Both the position numbers and the translations under genes were made by a program. From an uncultured bacterium (lineage in GTDB: Bacteria; Zixibacteria; MSB-5A5; GN15; FEB-12): a stretch of DNA of 64,000 nucleotides. How positions within the stretch are numbered: the first letter of the stretch is position 1; each line of letters opens with the position of its first letter. This document shows, piece after piece, positions 20,680-29,106 of this stretch. The notes beneath the pieces were generated by a model, which did no database searches, was not told the origin of the DNA, and saw only the letters and a program-made list of their open reading frames with translations. The stretch covers positions 1-64,000 of the forward strand of contig CBDVDR010000008.1 in NCBI GenBank assembly GCA_965372795.1. The letters run 5' to 3'.

Positions 20680-20876
20680 TGGAGGTTGGGGGAATCGCAA
20701 GCAAAGCCTGTTTAATTTTATTGGGAGATATGTAATTTCACGACATCGTTAAGAATGCTAACGATTTTCAGCTTTTATTTGGTTCTGGAATATCAGGCTG
20801 TTTTACACCCAATATGGCACAAATATGGCACAAGAAATATGAATGACTTACACCGTATTGTGGCCATACTGTGACA
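20680..20876 (-). repeat. Cassette junction repeat, type A plus type B arm (copy 6)
   Basis: TGGAGGTTGGGGGAATCG (17/18 match to ssrA end), type A body, TGGCACAA x2, then GACTTACACCGTATTGTGGCCATACTGTGAC. Confidence 0.92.
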
Positions 20877-21009
20877 TGTTTTTTTAGCCTAAATTAATTA
20901 CGATGGCTTAATCGTATTACGGCCCGTACCAGACCAGCGATGTGTAGGCACGCACCTGTTTCTAAACTTCAAACCCTATATCCTGAACCTTTTTTTCAGA
21001 TCGGTGATC

Positions 21010-22533
21010 TTACTTCACCAACTCAATTTCATTCGGTCGCCAGGTTTTATCAATCCATGCTTCAAGCGGTCCATATATACGAATTATCGTGAACCAGCTT
21101 TTGCCCGGGATTGTTTGAAGCCAGTTTTTCTCCTGCCCTTTCGGTGGTTTAGAACTGAAGTAAATGTCGTATGATCCATCCGAATTTATCTTAAATCCCT
21201 CGGATTGACTTCCAACAGTTGGGAACGGTTGTCCGGTTTGCAATTGGGATCTGGTCTGGGAGTCATATAATGTAACTGCCCAAAAATCTTTTGCCGGGGG
21301 ATTGGGCGGAATATGAAGTTTGTATGTTTTTGAGCCATCGAATATTTGTTTCTTAGAATCCAGAAATGCCATACCATAATCAGAACCAATTCCTGGCATG
21401 CTAATGGCCATCGCCGGTGTCACGGCTGTATAAGGATAATGGAACATAACTCGAGCGTCTGAATTCATTGCTCCGTTTTCCAAAAAGAAGACATTCTTAT
21501 TAGTATATGCCATCACCCAAGAGCTTTTAGCATCAGGGTAAATATAAGCTCCTTCATGGCGTGGATACCAGACAATCGCTCGGGCGGTTGCGTTGGCAAT
21601 GGCGACAGCATCGGTTAGAATCTTTTTCATTCTGGCGTCAGGTTTGAAAGGCTGTCCTTTAACAATTCCTATAGACGCAAATAAGCCGCGTGTTTCCGGG
21701 TCAAGCATCTCCATCGATTCGTATTGAATAATATCGTTGAGATGCTCATAAAAGCTATAGTCGTTGGAATGAATTGTATTAAATGACTTTTTAGAGCCGT
21801 TAATAAATTCCATTTTCGGTGGATTGTCTTTTTTAGCAAGCGGATAAATCTTTAAGTTATCCTTAATATTTTTGACGGCCGCATCAATTCCATTATCAAT
21901 AGAACCACGCATAAACAACCATACACCGTATGTTTTTGATCTCATGATATGGTAGCCACTTGGAATCTGTCCTTCATATCCGGGAGGAAGGACAAGATAC
22001 TTGCCTCCTTTCCCTTTGTCGGGGCCGACCGGACCAACATCGCCGATATATCTGAACCAGGCATCATTAAAAGCGCCAAGCATTCCCTGCGGGACTTCAA
22101 CAACTGTTGGACCATCGACTTTAAGGTCAAGTATTGGAGCTGCATAAAGGGTCGAGGTGTTACCGGTTAAAAACAATGGTTTTGAATCCAACAGCTCTTC
22201 CGTGATCATAACTTGATTAGATTTTTTAGCGCCAACTGCATGAGACCCATGTATCAAGCCGCGGATTGATGCTCCGGGCATACCCTTTAGAAATGCATCG
22301 ACTCCCCGCATAAGATCGAGGTTATCGTAAACAAGTTGCGCTGTTTTTTGGGTTGGGACACCGTCAAAAAATCCCAGGGTTCCGATTGATGTTTTGACTT
22401 CGTTCGGGGTCTGAATTGATTTCAATTCCACATCACTTACTTGGGCAGAAATTGGTTGAATGCCAACTACAAGAAGAGTTGCCAGCATCATCACCATCAA
22501 CATGTGATTCCTTTTCATAATTATTCCTTTCAT
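21010..22533 (-). CDS. DUF1254/DUF1214 secreted protein
   Basis: LTGNTSTLY, GPDKGKGGKYL, FWAVTLYD, NSDGSYDIYF, NWLQT...RIYGP. Confidence 0.9.
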   Translation of the reverse strand: MKGIIMKRNHMLMVMMLATLLVVGIQPISAQVSDVELKSIQTPNEVKTSIGTLGFFDGVPTQKTAQLVYDNLDLMRGVDAFLKGMPGASIRGLIHGSHAVGAKKSNQVMITEELLDSKPLFLTGNTSTLYAAPILDLKVDGPTVVEVPQGMLGAFNDAWFRYIGDVGPVGPDKGKGGKYLVLPPGYEGQIPSGYHIMRSKTYGVWLFMRGSIDNGIDAAVKNIKDNLKIYPLAKKDNPPKMEFINGSKKSFNTIHSNDYSFYEHLNDIIQYESMEMLDPETRGLFASIGIVKGQPFKPDARMKKILTDAVAIANATARAIVWYPRHEGAYIYPDAKSSWVMAYTNKNVFFLENGAMNSDARVMFHYPYTAVTPAMAISMPGIGSDYGMAFLDSKKQIFDGSKTYKLHIPPNPPAKDFWAVTLYDSQTRSQLQTGQPFPTVGSQSEGFKINSDGSYDIYFSSKPPKGQEKNWLQTIPGKSWFTIIRIYGPLEAWIDKTWRPNEIELVK

Positions 22534-22542
22534 TTTATACTA

Positions 22543-22710
22543 TTACTTCACTTTTCCAACATCATCTAGGGTCCTGGATATTTCAAAAAGCGGTTTATAT
22601 TGACCGTGCAGGAGGAAGATAAAATAGAACTTCTCACCGGTCGGGACGTTGGTCGACTGCAAGTCTTTTAGACTTCTGCTGGACAGGCCGAAAACTGGGG
22701 CGTCTGCAAC
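22543..22710 (-). pseudogene. C-terminal remnant of a second DUF1214-type gene
   Basis: ...NVPTGEKFYFIFLLHGQYKPLFEISRTLDDVGKVK resembles the DUF1214 C-terminus (NWxPT..F.LxxRLYGP......W...D.E.V); lies immediately upstream of an intact family member. Confidence 0.55.
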
Positions 22711-23048
22711 TAAGCATTTGGTTTCCATGCTGTACACAATAGTAGTTTGCGTAATTGGCTTCCGATTCATATGGTTCAATGTGCAGATTATTACAGACTT
22801 TGTCTGTCGCATTTACTACGAAAGTCTTGTCCCCAAATCATCTACAAAGCTGACCAACGTCGGGAATTCTGGCAGACCGATAAAGCAACTTTGTAAGGCT
22901 CTCGGGATAGCGGTGAGTTTTGGTTGAGGAACATTAGTTGTCGTATTTGGTGGTAGGGCGAAAACTATTGCTCGGGGTACTTCGCGTGGTGGCGCACTTC
23001 CTAAATTGCAAACACACATTGAGTTACAATAGTGTAGTTAGAATAAAA

Positions 23049-23402
23049 TGGAGGTGGGGGGAATCGAACCCCCGTCCGAATCTAGCGTCAAGTCATCATC
23101 TACATGCGTAGGCTATCTATAATTTCTCGCTATATCAGCTGCCGAAAGCCAGGCCACCAATACAGCCAGTCTATTAGTTTAAGTTTCTCTTATAGACATC
23201 GAAAAACCGAGCCTTCTTTAACGGCGCTATATCCCAATCTTGAAGGCAAAAGATCAGGTACAACGGGCTAAACCTATTACTAGGCAGCCATGGCGTAATT
23301 ATTTTCGCCAAATAGTGTTTTGTCCGGTTTGATAACGAGGTTCCAAACATCCCCGGCACGCAAACAACCCCCCACTAAACCCGTCGAAGCCATGTCACCC
23401 CC
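23049..23402 (-). ncRNA. ssrA: tmRNA; tag peptide (A)GENNYAMAA
   Basis: 5' GGGGGTGACATGGCTTCGAC, 3' GACGGGGGTTCGATTCCCCCCACCTCCA with a G3-U alanine acceptor pair. Internal ORF GGC GAA AAT AAT TAC GCC ATG GCT GCC TAG TAA. Length 354 nt; CCA tail not encoded. Confidence 0.97.
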
Positions 23403-23471
23403 AATACGAGTAAAAAACAAAAAAATAATCTTTAACTAAATTCCCGTATTGTATCAGAGTGGCTATGCCAC

Positions 23472-23494
23472 CCCGTCGAAGCCATGTCACCCCC
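23472..23494 (-). repeat. Exact 23-bp duplicate of the tmRNA 5' end
   Basis: CCCGTCGAAGCCATGTCACCCCC occurs at 23380-23402 and again at 23472-23494. Confidence 0.9.
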
Positions 23495-23917
23495 GATACT
23501 TTGTATCGTTTAATCCTTATGGCTGTGAGTAATATTTTATTACATAACCACAAAGAACAAGTTGACTTGTTTCACTTAGGTTTATAAAGAGGCAAATCCT
23601 CTTTAATTGTCAAAGAACTAATTAAATATAACATATCGGTTGAAATAAAACAACCATTGCATATCTTATAACGACAATACTAACAATTTGTTTCACAGAC
23701 TCAGCCTGATTAATAAGTAATATAATGAGCTTTTTTAATGAAAAAGGACCTTTTAAAAAAACTATTTGCTATAAGTTCTCTAGTCGGAGCCGCTCTGATT
23801 AGCCTGTTATTTATATACTTTATTTATCTGGTTTTATTCAAATAAATATTGACTTGCCCCGTCTTCTCTTTAAACTTCAACCAGCTTTAAACAATTGAAA
23901 ATTATATAGGAGTTAGA

Positions 23918-24457
23918 ATGCTACAAAAAGAAAACGCTGTCCTGGTCGTTATAGATGTTCAAGGGAAATTAGCAACTCTGATGAATAAGCATGAAAGACT
24001 GTTTGAAAATGTCAACCGGATGATCAAAGCCGCCAATGTGCTCGAAATCCCAATTGTCTGGACCGAACAGATTCCTGACAAACTTGGCGAAACTGTCCCA
24101 ATAATTAAAAAAGAACTTGAAGGCACTAATTTGCTGACCAAAAATACTTTTTCATGTTGCGGCGGACCGGGCTTTAATGAAAAACTAAAAGAACTGGGGC
24201 GTAAACAGATTCTGGTTACCGGCATTGAAACTCATGTCTGCGTTTATCAAACCTGCATGGATCTTCTAAACTCTGAATACGAGGTTCATCTGGTCAAGGA
24301 TGCGGTCTCTTCCCGGATTAAATCAAACTATCGTTTAGGAGTAGAAAAAATCAAAGAAGCCGGCGCCCAGTTGACTTCGGTTGAGATGTGTTTATTTGAG
24401 ATGCTCAAAGTTGCCGAGGGTGATAATTTTAAACAGATCATCAAAATTGTAAAATAA
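23918..24457 (+). CDS. Isochorismatase family hydrolase
   Basis: VIDVQ, KNTFSC, GIETHVCVYQT, DAVSSR. Confidence 0.92.
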   Translation: MLQKENAVLVVIDVQGKLATLMNKHERLFENVNRMIKAANVLEIPIVWTEQIPDKLGETVPIIKKELEGTNLLTKNTFSCCGGPGFNEKLKELGRKQILVTGIETHVCVYQTCMDLLNSEYEVHLVKDAVSSRIKSNYRLGVEKIKEAGAQLTSVEMCLFEMLKVAEGDNFKQIIKIVK

Positions 24458-24553
24458 GTAATTGATATTAATTTAGTTTACAAATACAAGTCTGCAAAAT
24501 ATATTAATTAACAAAGGGATTATAAATTAATATTAAAAGCATGGGTTACCTAT

Positions 24554-25489
24554 ATGACTTTAATAAGGTTACTTGTTATAGCACCTTGTCTTTTCTTTTG
24601 TTTATTTTTCAATCCAATTTTACAGGCTGAAAAGAATCGGTTTGTACCTTTCCAATGGTCAAATTACGAAACTTCATTGGGTGACTTCAATAAGGGAGCC
24701 CTTAAGATTCCTGTTAAAGTAAGAGGTTATACTAAAAGATTACTTCTTCAATTAGATACAGGATGTGAATCCAGTTTTGTTTATGGAAATAGATTAACTA
24801 AAATTGGAGTAGATATTGATTCGGGTGTTACAGAAATTCAACTTACTTGGTATTCCAAAGACGATCAGATAGGTGTAACAAATTTCCCTGTTTATTGGAA
24901 AGTAGAGGATCTTGATTACATTGACTCTTCCAATACAGAAGATATATCTATTGGCACGCTTGGAAGTAATTATTTTTCAAACAGAATATTATTAATTGAT
25001 TTTCCCAAAACTCAATTTGCTGTTTATAGTGATACCAGTTTGATCCCAGAAGAAATTAATAGCAAAGCAGGATTTGTTCCTGCAACTATCAAAGGTAACT
25101 CGTTTTATATTTCTATTGTAATTGGCACAGATACTTTGAAATCAGTTCTTTTTGATACAGGAGCATCTGGTTTCGGTCTATTTTTACCACTTGATGAATG
25201 GAAAATATACACAGGTTATCAAGGTCATGAACCTGAAATTTTAAAAGACTCGGTTCCTGCGTGGGGAAAATTCATTTCTATCTGGAGAGCGCCATCTAAA
25301 ACCTCGCTGCAATTCAGTAAAATTACGATCAATTCTCCAATGATAAATTGTCGTATCTTGCCACCGGAACGGAATGATAACCTTCGATTAATGGGTAACG
25401 AACTATTCTTTAATGACTATATGATAATTATTGATTTTAAACACGAAAGATTTGGACTTCTACCCTCTGACACCAACATTACTAAATAA
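24554..25489 (+). CDS. Secreted aspartyl-protease-like protein (two DTG lobes)
   Basis: LQLDTGC...GTLG and LFDTGAS...LMG; signal peptide. Confidence 0.6.
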   Translation: MTLIRLLVIAPCLFFCLFFNPILQAEKNRFVPFQWSNYETSLGDFNKGALKIPVKVRGYTKRLLLQLDTGCESSFVYGNRLTKIGVDIDSGVTEIQLTWYSKDDQIGVTNFPVYWKVEDLDYIDSSNTEDISIGTLGSNYFSNRILLIDFPKTQFAVYSDTSLIPEEINSKAGFVPATIKGNSFYISIVIGTDTLKSVLFDTGASGFGLFLPLDEWKIYTGYQGHEPEILKDSVPAWGKFISIWRAPSKTSLQFSKITINSPMINCRILPPERNDNLRLMGNELFFNDYMIIIDFKHERFGLLPSDTNITK

Positions 25490-25516
25490 TATTCTATTCT
25501 AATTTATCAGATTTCT

Positions 25517-25547
25517 AAAAACCGGAATATTTTGTTCCGGTTTTTTT
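25517..25547 (+). terminator. Rho-independent terminator
   Basis: AAAAACCGGAA...TTCCGGTTTTTTT. Confidence 0.75.
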
Positions 25548-25564
25548 ATTCCTATCTCCCTATC

Positions 25565-25624
25565 TGCTAATATTTTAGCATTTTGTTCTTGACAGACTTA
25601 ATTTTATATGCTAATTTATTAGCA
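25565..25624 (+). promoter_or_regulatory. Sigma70 promoter with two palindromic operators for the BlaI-family repressor
   Basis: TGCTAA-N4-TTAGCA at 25565-25580 and 25609-25624, flanking TTGACA (25589-25594). Confidence 0.75.
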
Positions 25625-25681
25625 GTTCAACTAAACAGACAACGACCCTTATGCGTTTAGCAATATATATATGAGGAATTC

Positions 25682-26074
25682 ATGAGCAAATTATTCAACA
25701 AATTAAGTAAACGTGAACGCCAGATAATGGATGTGATATATCAAAATAACGAGGCTACCGTTGCCGAAGTTCAAGAAGCAATTCCAAATTCACCAAGTTA
25801 TTCATCGGTCAGAGCTTTAATAGGCATTTTGGAAAAAAAAGGATATTTGAAACACAAGAAAATCGGTCGCGCCTTTATCTACTCTCCAATAATAAATCAC
25901 AAAAAAGCCAGTCAACACGCTCTCAAACAAGTTGCTCAAACATTTTTTGATGATTCAATCGAACACGTCGTCGCCGCCTTAATCAGTATGAAATCGACTA
26001 AACTAACCGATGAAGAATATGCCCGCCTGTCTGACTTAATTAAATCAAAGCAGAAGGAGGATAAAAATAAATGA
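25682..26074 (+). CDS. BlaI/MecI/CopY family transcriptional repressor
   Basis: LSKRERQIMD...SYSSVR...LEKKGYL...YSP. Confidence 0.92.
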   Translation: MSKLFNKLSKRERQIMDVIYQNNEATVAEVQEAIPNSPSYSSVRALIGILEKKGYLKHKKIGRAFIYSPIINHKKASQHALKQVAQTFFDDSIEHVVAALISMKSTKLTDEEYARLSDLIKSKQKEDKNK

Positions 26075-27654
26075 TGGAAATTTTAACAAATTTATTTGAT
26101 CAAATCAGCCATCCTGAACTTTTGCAATCATTAGTTTTACTTGGAATAAAATCACTCGTTGTAACATCTTTTGCTTTACTGGTTTGTTCATTGATGCGAC
26201 GCTCGACGGCTGCCAATAGAAGTATAATCGTGCAGTTCTCTTTTTTAGCCTTGTTGCTGCTACCCCTGATCTCAATCCTGACTCCGGGCTGGACCTTTAC
26301 TTTGTCCAATCCAAACTGGCAATCAATTATACCGACCGTAAACAGTTCCGCAGTTCAGATGGTTAATGCCATTGAAACGACACCGATCTCTATCCCGTTG
26401 ACTTTTTGGGTGGCATCAATCTGGTTTGGCGGTTTCCTTTTTGGAATCACAAAAATTATGATAGGGATTATTCTTTCGCATATAATATTGAAAAATTCAT
26501 CTCAAATAAACAATTCATATATTGAATCTATTACCAATCAGATCATTAACAAACTACAAATCAAACGGACTGTTCATGTTGTTTTATCAAAACATGTATC
26601 CATTCCGATTACAACCGGTTTGTTTCATCAATATGTTATTCTGCCGCACACAGCAATTAACTGGACCAATAATGAAATTAAAATGGCACTGGTACACGAG
26701 ATGGCTCATATCAAAAGAATGGATATATTTTGGATTCTGATAAGTTCAGTCGTTGGTGCAATTTATTGGTTTAATCCCTTAGTTTGGATATGTAGAAAAC
26801 AATTAATCCTTGATGCTGAAAAAGCATCAGATAATTTCGTTCTCAATGCCGGTACTGACCCGTTTTCCTATGCGGAACATCTTTTGATGACTGCCAGAAA
26901 TTATAAAAAAACCGCTTTGGTCTCCCCCCTCACAGTCAATATGGCAAATAGAACACAATTGGAGGGTCGTCTTATGTCTATTATGAGTAAACGGAAAAAG
27001 AGTATAACCGCAAAAAGTTCCGTAGTTAGAATTGCAATGATCGCATCCCTAGCAATAATTATACCGTTGGCATCGGTTCAACTGATGGCGGGTGACAACG
27101 ACAATAAAGTCGTTACTAAACAGAAAAAAGTTGAATTCGCAAAACAAGAACAACTTGCAAAAAAGATAGCAGCTCTTGAAAAAAAATTACAAGACGTGCA
27201 TAATAAATATGTAGATTCAGAATTTAAAAATAAAGACTTAGGAAAAAAGGAATTTGAACTCAAAGTAGAGTTGGCTAAGCTCTATGAAATGCAAGAGAGT
27301 AATAAAAAAGAGAAGGTTTTAATTGCCTCCGATTATATTCCTTCACCTGATGATTTTATCGCATTGGACACTTACCCCGAAATGTTATCGCAGTCAACTC
27401 CTGATTATCCGGAAAAAGCAAAACAAGCAGGTATTGAGGGTGTGGTATATGTGCAATCATTATTGGACACAAAAGGGATTGTGAAAGAAGTAAAAGTTGG
27501 AAAAACTTCTGGAAACAAAATGCTTGATAAAGCCGCTGTTGAGGCTGCTTATAAGTGTAAATTTACTCCCGGCATGCAAGGTGATAATCCTGTTCACTGT
27601 TGGATAACGTATAAAGTTGATTTTGTATTGGCAAAAAAAGGTACCGGCAAGTAA
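26071..27654 (+). CDS. M56 (BlaR1-type) metallopeptidase fused to a C-terminal TonB domain
   Basis: HEMAHIKRMD, YWFNPLVW, EKASD; C-terminal PDYPEKAKQAGIEGVV...LDKAAVEA...FTPG. Confidence 0.9.
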   Translation: MMEILTNLFDQISHPELLQSLVLLGIKSLVVTSFALLVCSLMRRSTAANRSIIVQFSFLALLLLPLISILTPGWTFTLSNPNWQSIIPTVNSSAVQMVNAIETTPISIPLTFWVASIWFGGFLFGITKIMIGIILSHIILKNSSQINNSYIESITNQIINKLQIKRTVHVVLSKHVSIPITTGLFHQYVILPHTAINWTNNEIKMALVHEMAHIKRMDIFWILISSVVGAIYWFNPLVWICRKQLILDAEKASDNFVLNAGTDPFSYAEHLLMTARNYKKTALVSPLTVNMANRTQLEGRLMSIMSKRKKSITAKSSVVRIAMIASLAIIIPLASVQLMAGDNDNKVVTKQKKVEFAKQEQLAKKIAALEKKLQDVHNKYVDSEFKNKDLGKKEFELKVELAKLYEMQESNKKEKVLIASDYIPSPDDFIALDTYPEMLSQSTPDYPEKAKQAGIEGVVYVQSLLDTKGIVKEVKVGKTSGNKMLDKAAVEAAYKCKFTPGMQGDNPVHCWITYKVDFVLAKKGTGK

Positions 27655-27679
27655 TTTTTAATTAAAATTTACAACTATT

Positions 27680-27707
27680 AAAAGCAGGTTTGGAAAATCC
27701 TGCTTTT
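27680..27707. terminator. Bidirectional terminator between convergent genes
   Basis: AAAAGCAGG...CCTGCTTTT. Confidence 0.7.
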
Positions 27708-27730
27708 ATTACAATCACACTCCGTGTGTA

Positions 27731-28774
27731 CTATGGTTTGAATGAGGTGCCGAAAAAACAATTCGTGAGAATTTCTTTGAGTGTTATTTGCACCGAGCGA
27801 TATTTATAATCTAACTCCTGTCTTGCTTTGTCTGAAGAAAACGACCAGTCATAATCCAAAAGTTTGACCAAATCAGGATAGAACATTATTTTAGGTTTCC
27901 CTCGTAACTGACTTCCGATAAGAGCGCCTCGTGATGCAAATTTTAGAAATGATTTTGGCAATTTAATCAGATGTGGTACTTTGCCAAGGATTCCCGATGC
28001 TTTCAGGGCAAGTTCCCGTCCGGTTAAATTTTCTCCGGCTAAAATATACCGCTGGTTATGCTTGCCTTTCTTTAGCGCTTTTATAACACCTGAGCTAACA
28101 TCACGGAGATCAACCAAATTTATAACATTATCTAAATTGGGAATTAAAAAACTTTTGAAAAATCTTTTTATCGCAGCCTCGCGATCATTGCCGCTTCTTG
28201 AAGGGGCTACAATAATTGAAGGATTGACCATTATCAGTTCCGTTTTACCATTATCAGCAATCTTGTTTAATTCAACCTCCGCCGCATGTTTCGTCATTAT
28301 ATAGGGAATACGCAGATTAGTAAGATTAAATTTTGTTTGTTCATCGGCTGTCGGATAATCTTGTTCCGGGGCATCAATGTTGGCTTTTTCCCTAAAAGGT
28401 AAACCGCCAACTGCCGCCACTGTGGAAATATGAACAAATTTTTCAACGCCCGCTTTTTGAGCCGCTTTGAAAAGATTCAAGGCTCCGATAGTGTTAATCG
28501 CTGTAAACTCGGTTAATTTATTTTGCCTGAAATCTACTTTGGCAGCTGTATGAATAATATAATCGACGCCCTGAACAAGTTTTTCAAGTTCTTCATTGTT
28601 TTGCAAATCAGCAATTCGTTTCTCAAGCTTAAGAGAATCAATATAACTGGAGTCTGATGTTTTCCTGACCTGACAAATCGGTACAATATTGTTACTGGTT
28701 AAATCATAAACCAGTTGTCTACCGAGAGAACCTGAGGCACCGGTTATTAATATTTTTTTACCTGAAAATTCCAT
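27731..28774 (-). CDS. NAD-dependent epimerase/dehydratase (extended SDR)
   Basis: ITGASGSLG, HTAA, YIMTK (YxxxK). Confidence 0.9.
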   Translation of the reverse strand: MEFSGKKILITGASGSLGRQLVYDLTSNNIVPICQVRKTSDSSYIDSLKLEKRIADLQNNEELEKLVQGVDYIIHTAAKVDFRQNKLTEFTAINTIGALNLFKAAQKAGVEKFVHISTVAAVGGLPFREKANIDAPEQDYPTADEQTKFNLTNLRIPYIMTKHAAEVELNKIADNGKTELIMVNPSIIVAPSRSGNDREAAIKRFFKSFLIPNLDNVINLVDLRDVSSGVIKALKKGKHNQRYILAGENLTGRELALKASGILGKVPHLIKLPKSFLKFASRGALIGSQLRGKPKIMFYPDLVKLLDYDWSFSSDKARQELDYKYRSVQITLKEILTNCFFGTSFKP

Positions 28775-28855
28775 ATAAGAAAATAACGAAAAACTGTTAC
28801 ATTAAAAGAATATTTTTTTATATTATCTATTATCAATTATTACAACAGGTAATCA

Positions 28856-29101
28856 ATGAAAAAGTTATTAAAAAGATTATGGGAAAAATGGAAAGTCATC
28901 GCCCATCATATTGCCAAATTTCAGACAGCCTTGATAATTTCTGTATTCTATTTAATAATAATTTCACCATTGGGACTTATTTTTAAAATATTCGGCTGGG
29001 ATCCGCTAAACAGCTCAAAACGGAAGGCAAACCGTCAAACTAATTGGGAAACAACAGATAACGGCGAACCTGATATTTCATCTATGAGCCGATTGAGCTA
29101 A
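28856..29101 (+). CDS. SxtJ-like small membrane protein
   Basis: W..IA..I....TM..SPLGLI...GWDPL; adjacent to a carbamoyltransferase. Confidence 0.7.
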   Translation: MKKLLKRLWEKWKVIAHHIAKFQTALIISVFYLIIISPLGLIFKIFGWDPLNSSKRKANRQTNWETTDNGEPDISSMSRLS

Positions 29102-29106
29102 TTTTT

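Larger units (their letters stand above)
680..23068 (-). mobile_element. Tandem array of integrase-less cargo cassettes integrated at the tmRNA 3' end (probably continues beyond position 1)
   Basis: Degenerate copies of the ssrA 3' end at ~680, 2779, 4114, 9871, 11657, 13355, 15333, 16618, 19193 and 20680, all in the same orientation as ssrA. They separate unrelated cargo of differing base composition. Confidence 0.75.

Noticed and set aside
2779..20876. Junction repeats as a CRISPR array or integron attC sites
   Set aside because: The spacers are kilobases of genes and no cas genes are present. The repeats lack RYYYAAC/GTTRRRY ends and full-length dyad symmetry, begin with the tmRNA 3' end, and flank cargo on both strands.
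23174..23359. 61-aa ORF
   Set aside because: It lies inside the tmRNA gene in a frame other than the tag; spurious.
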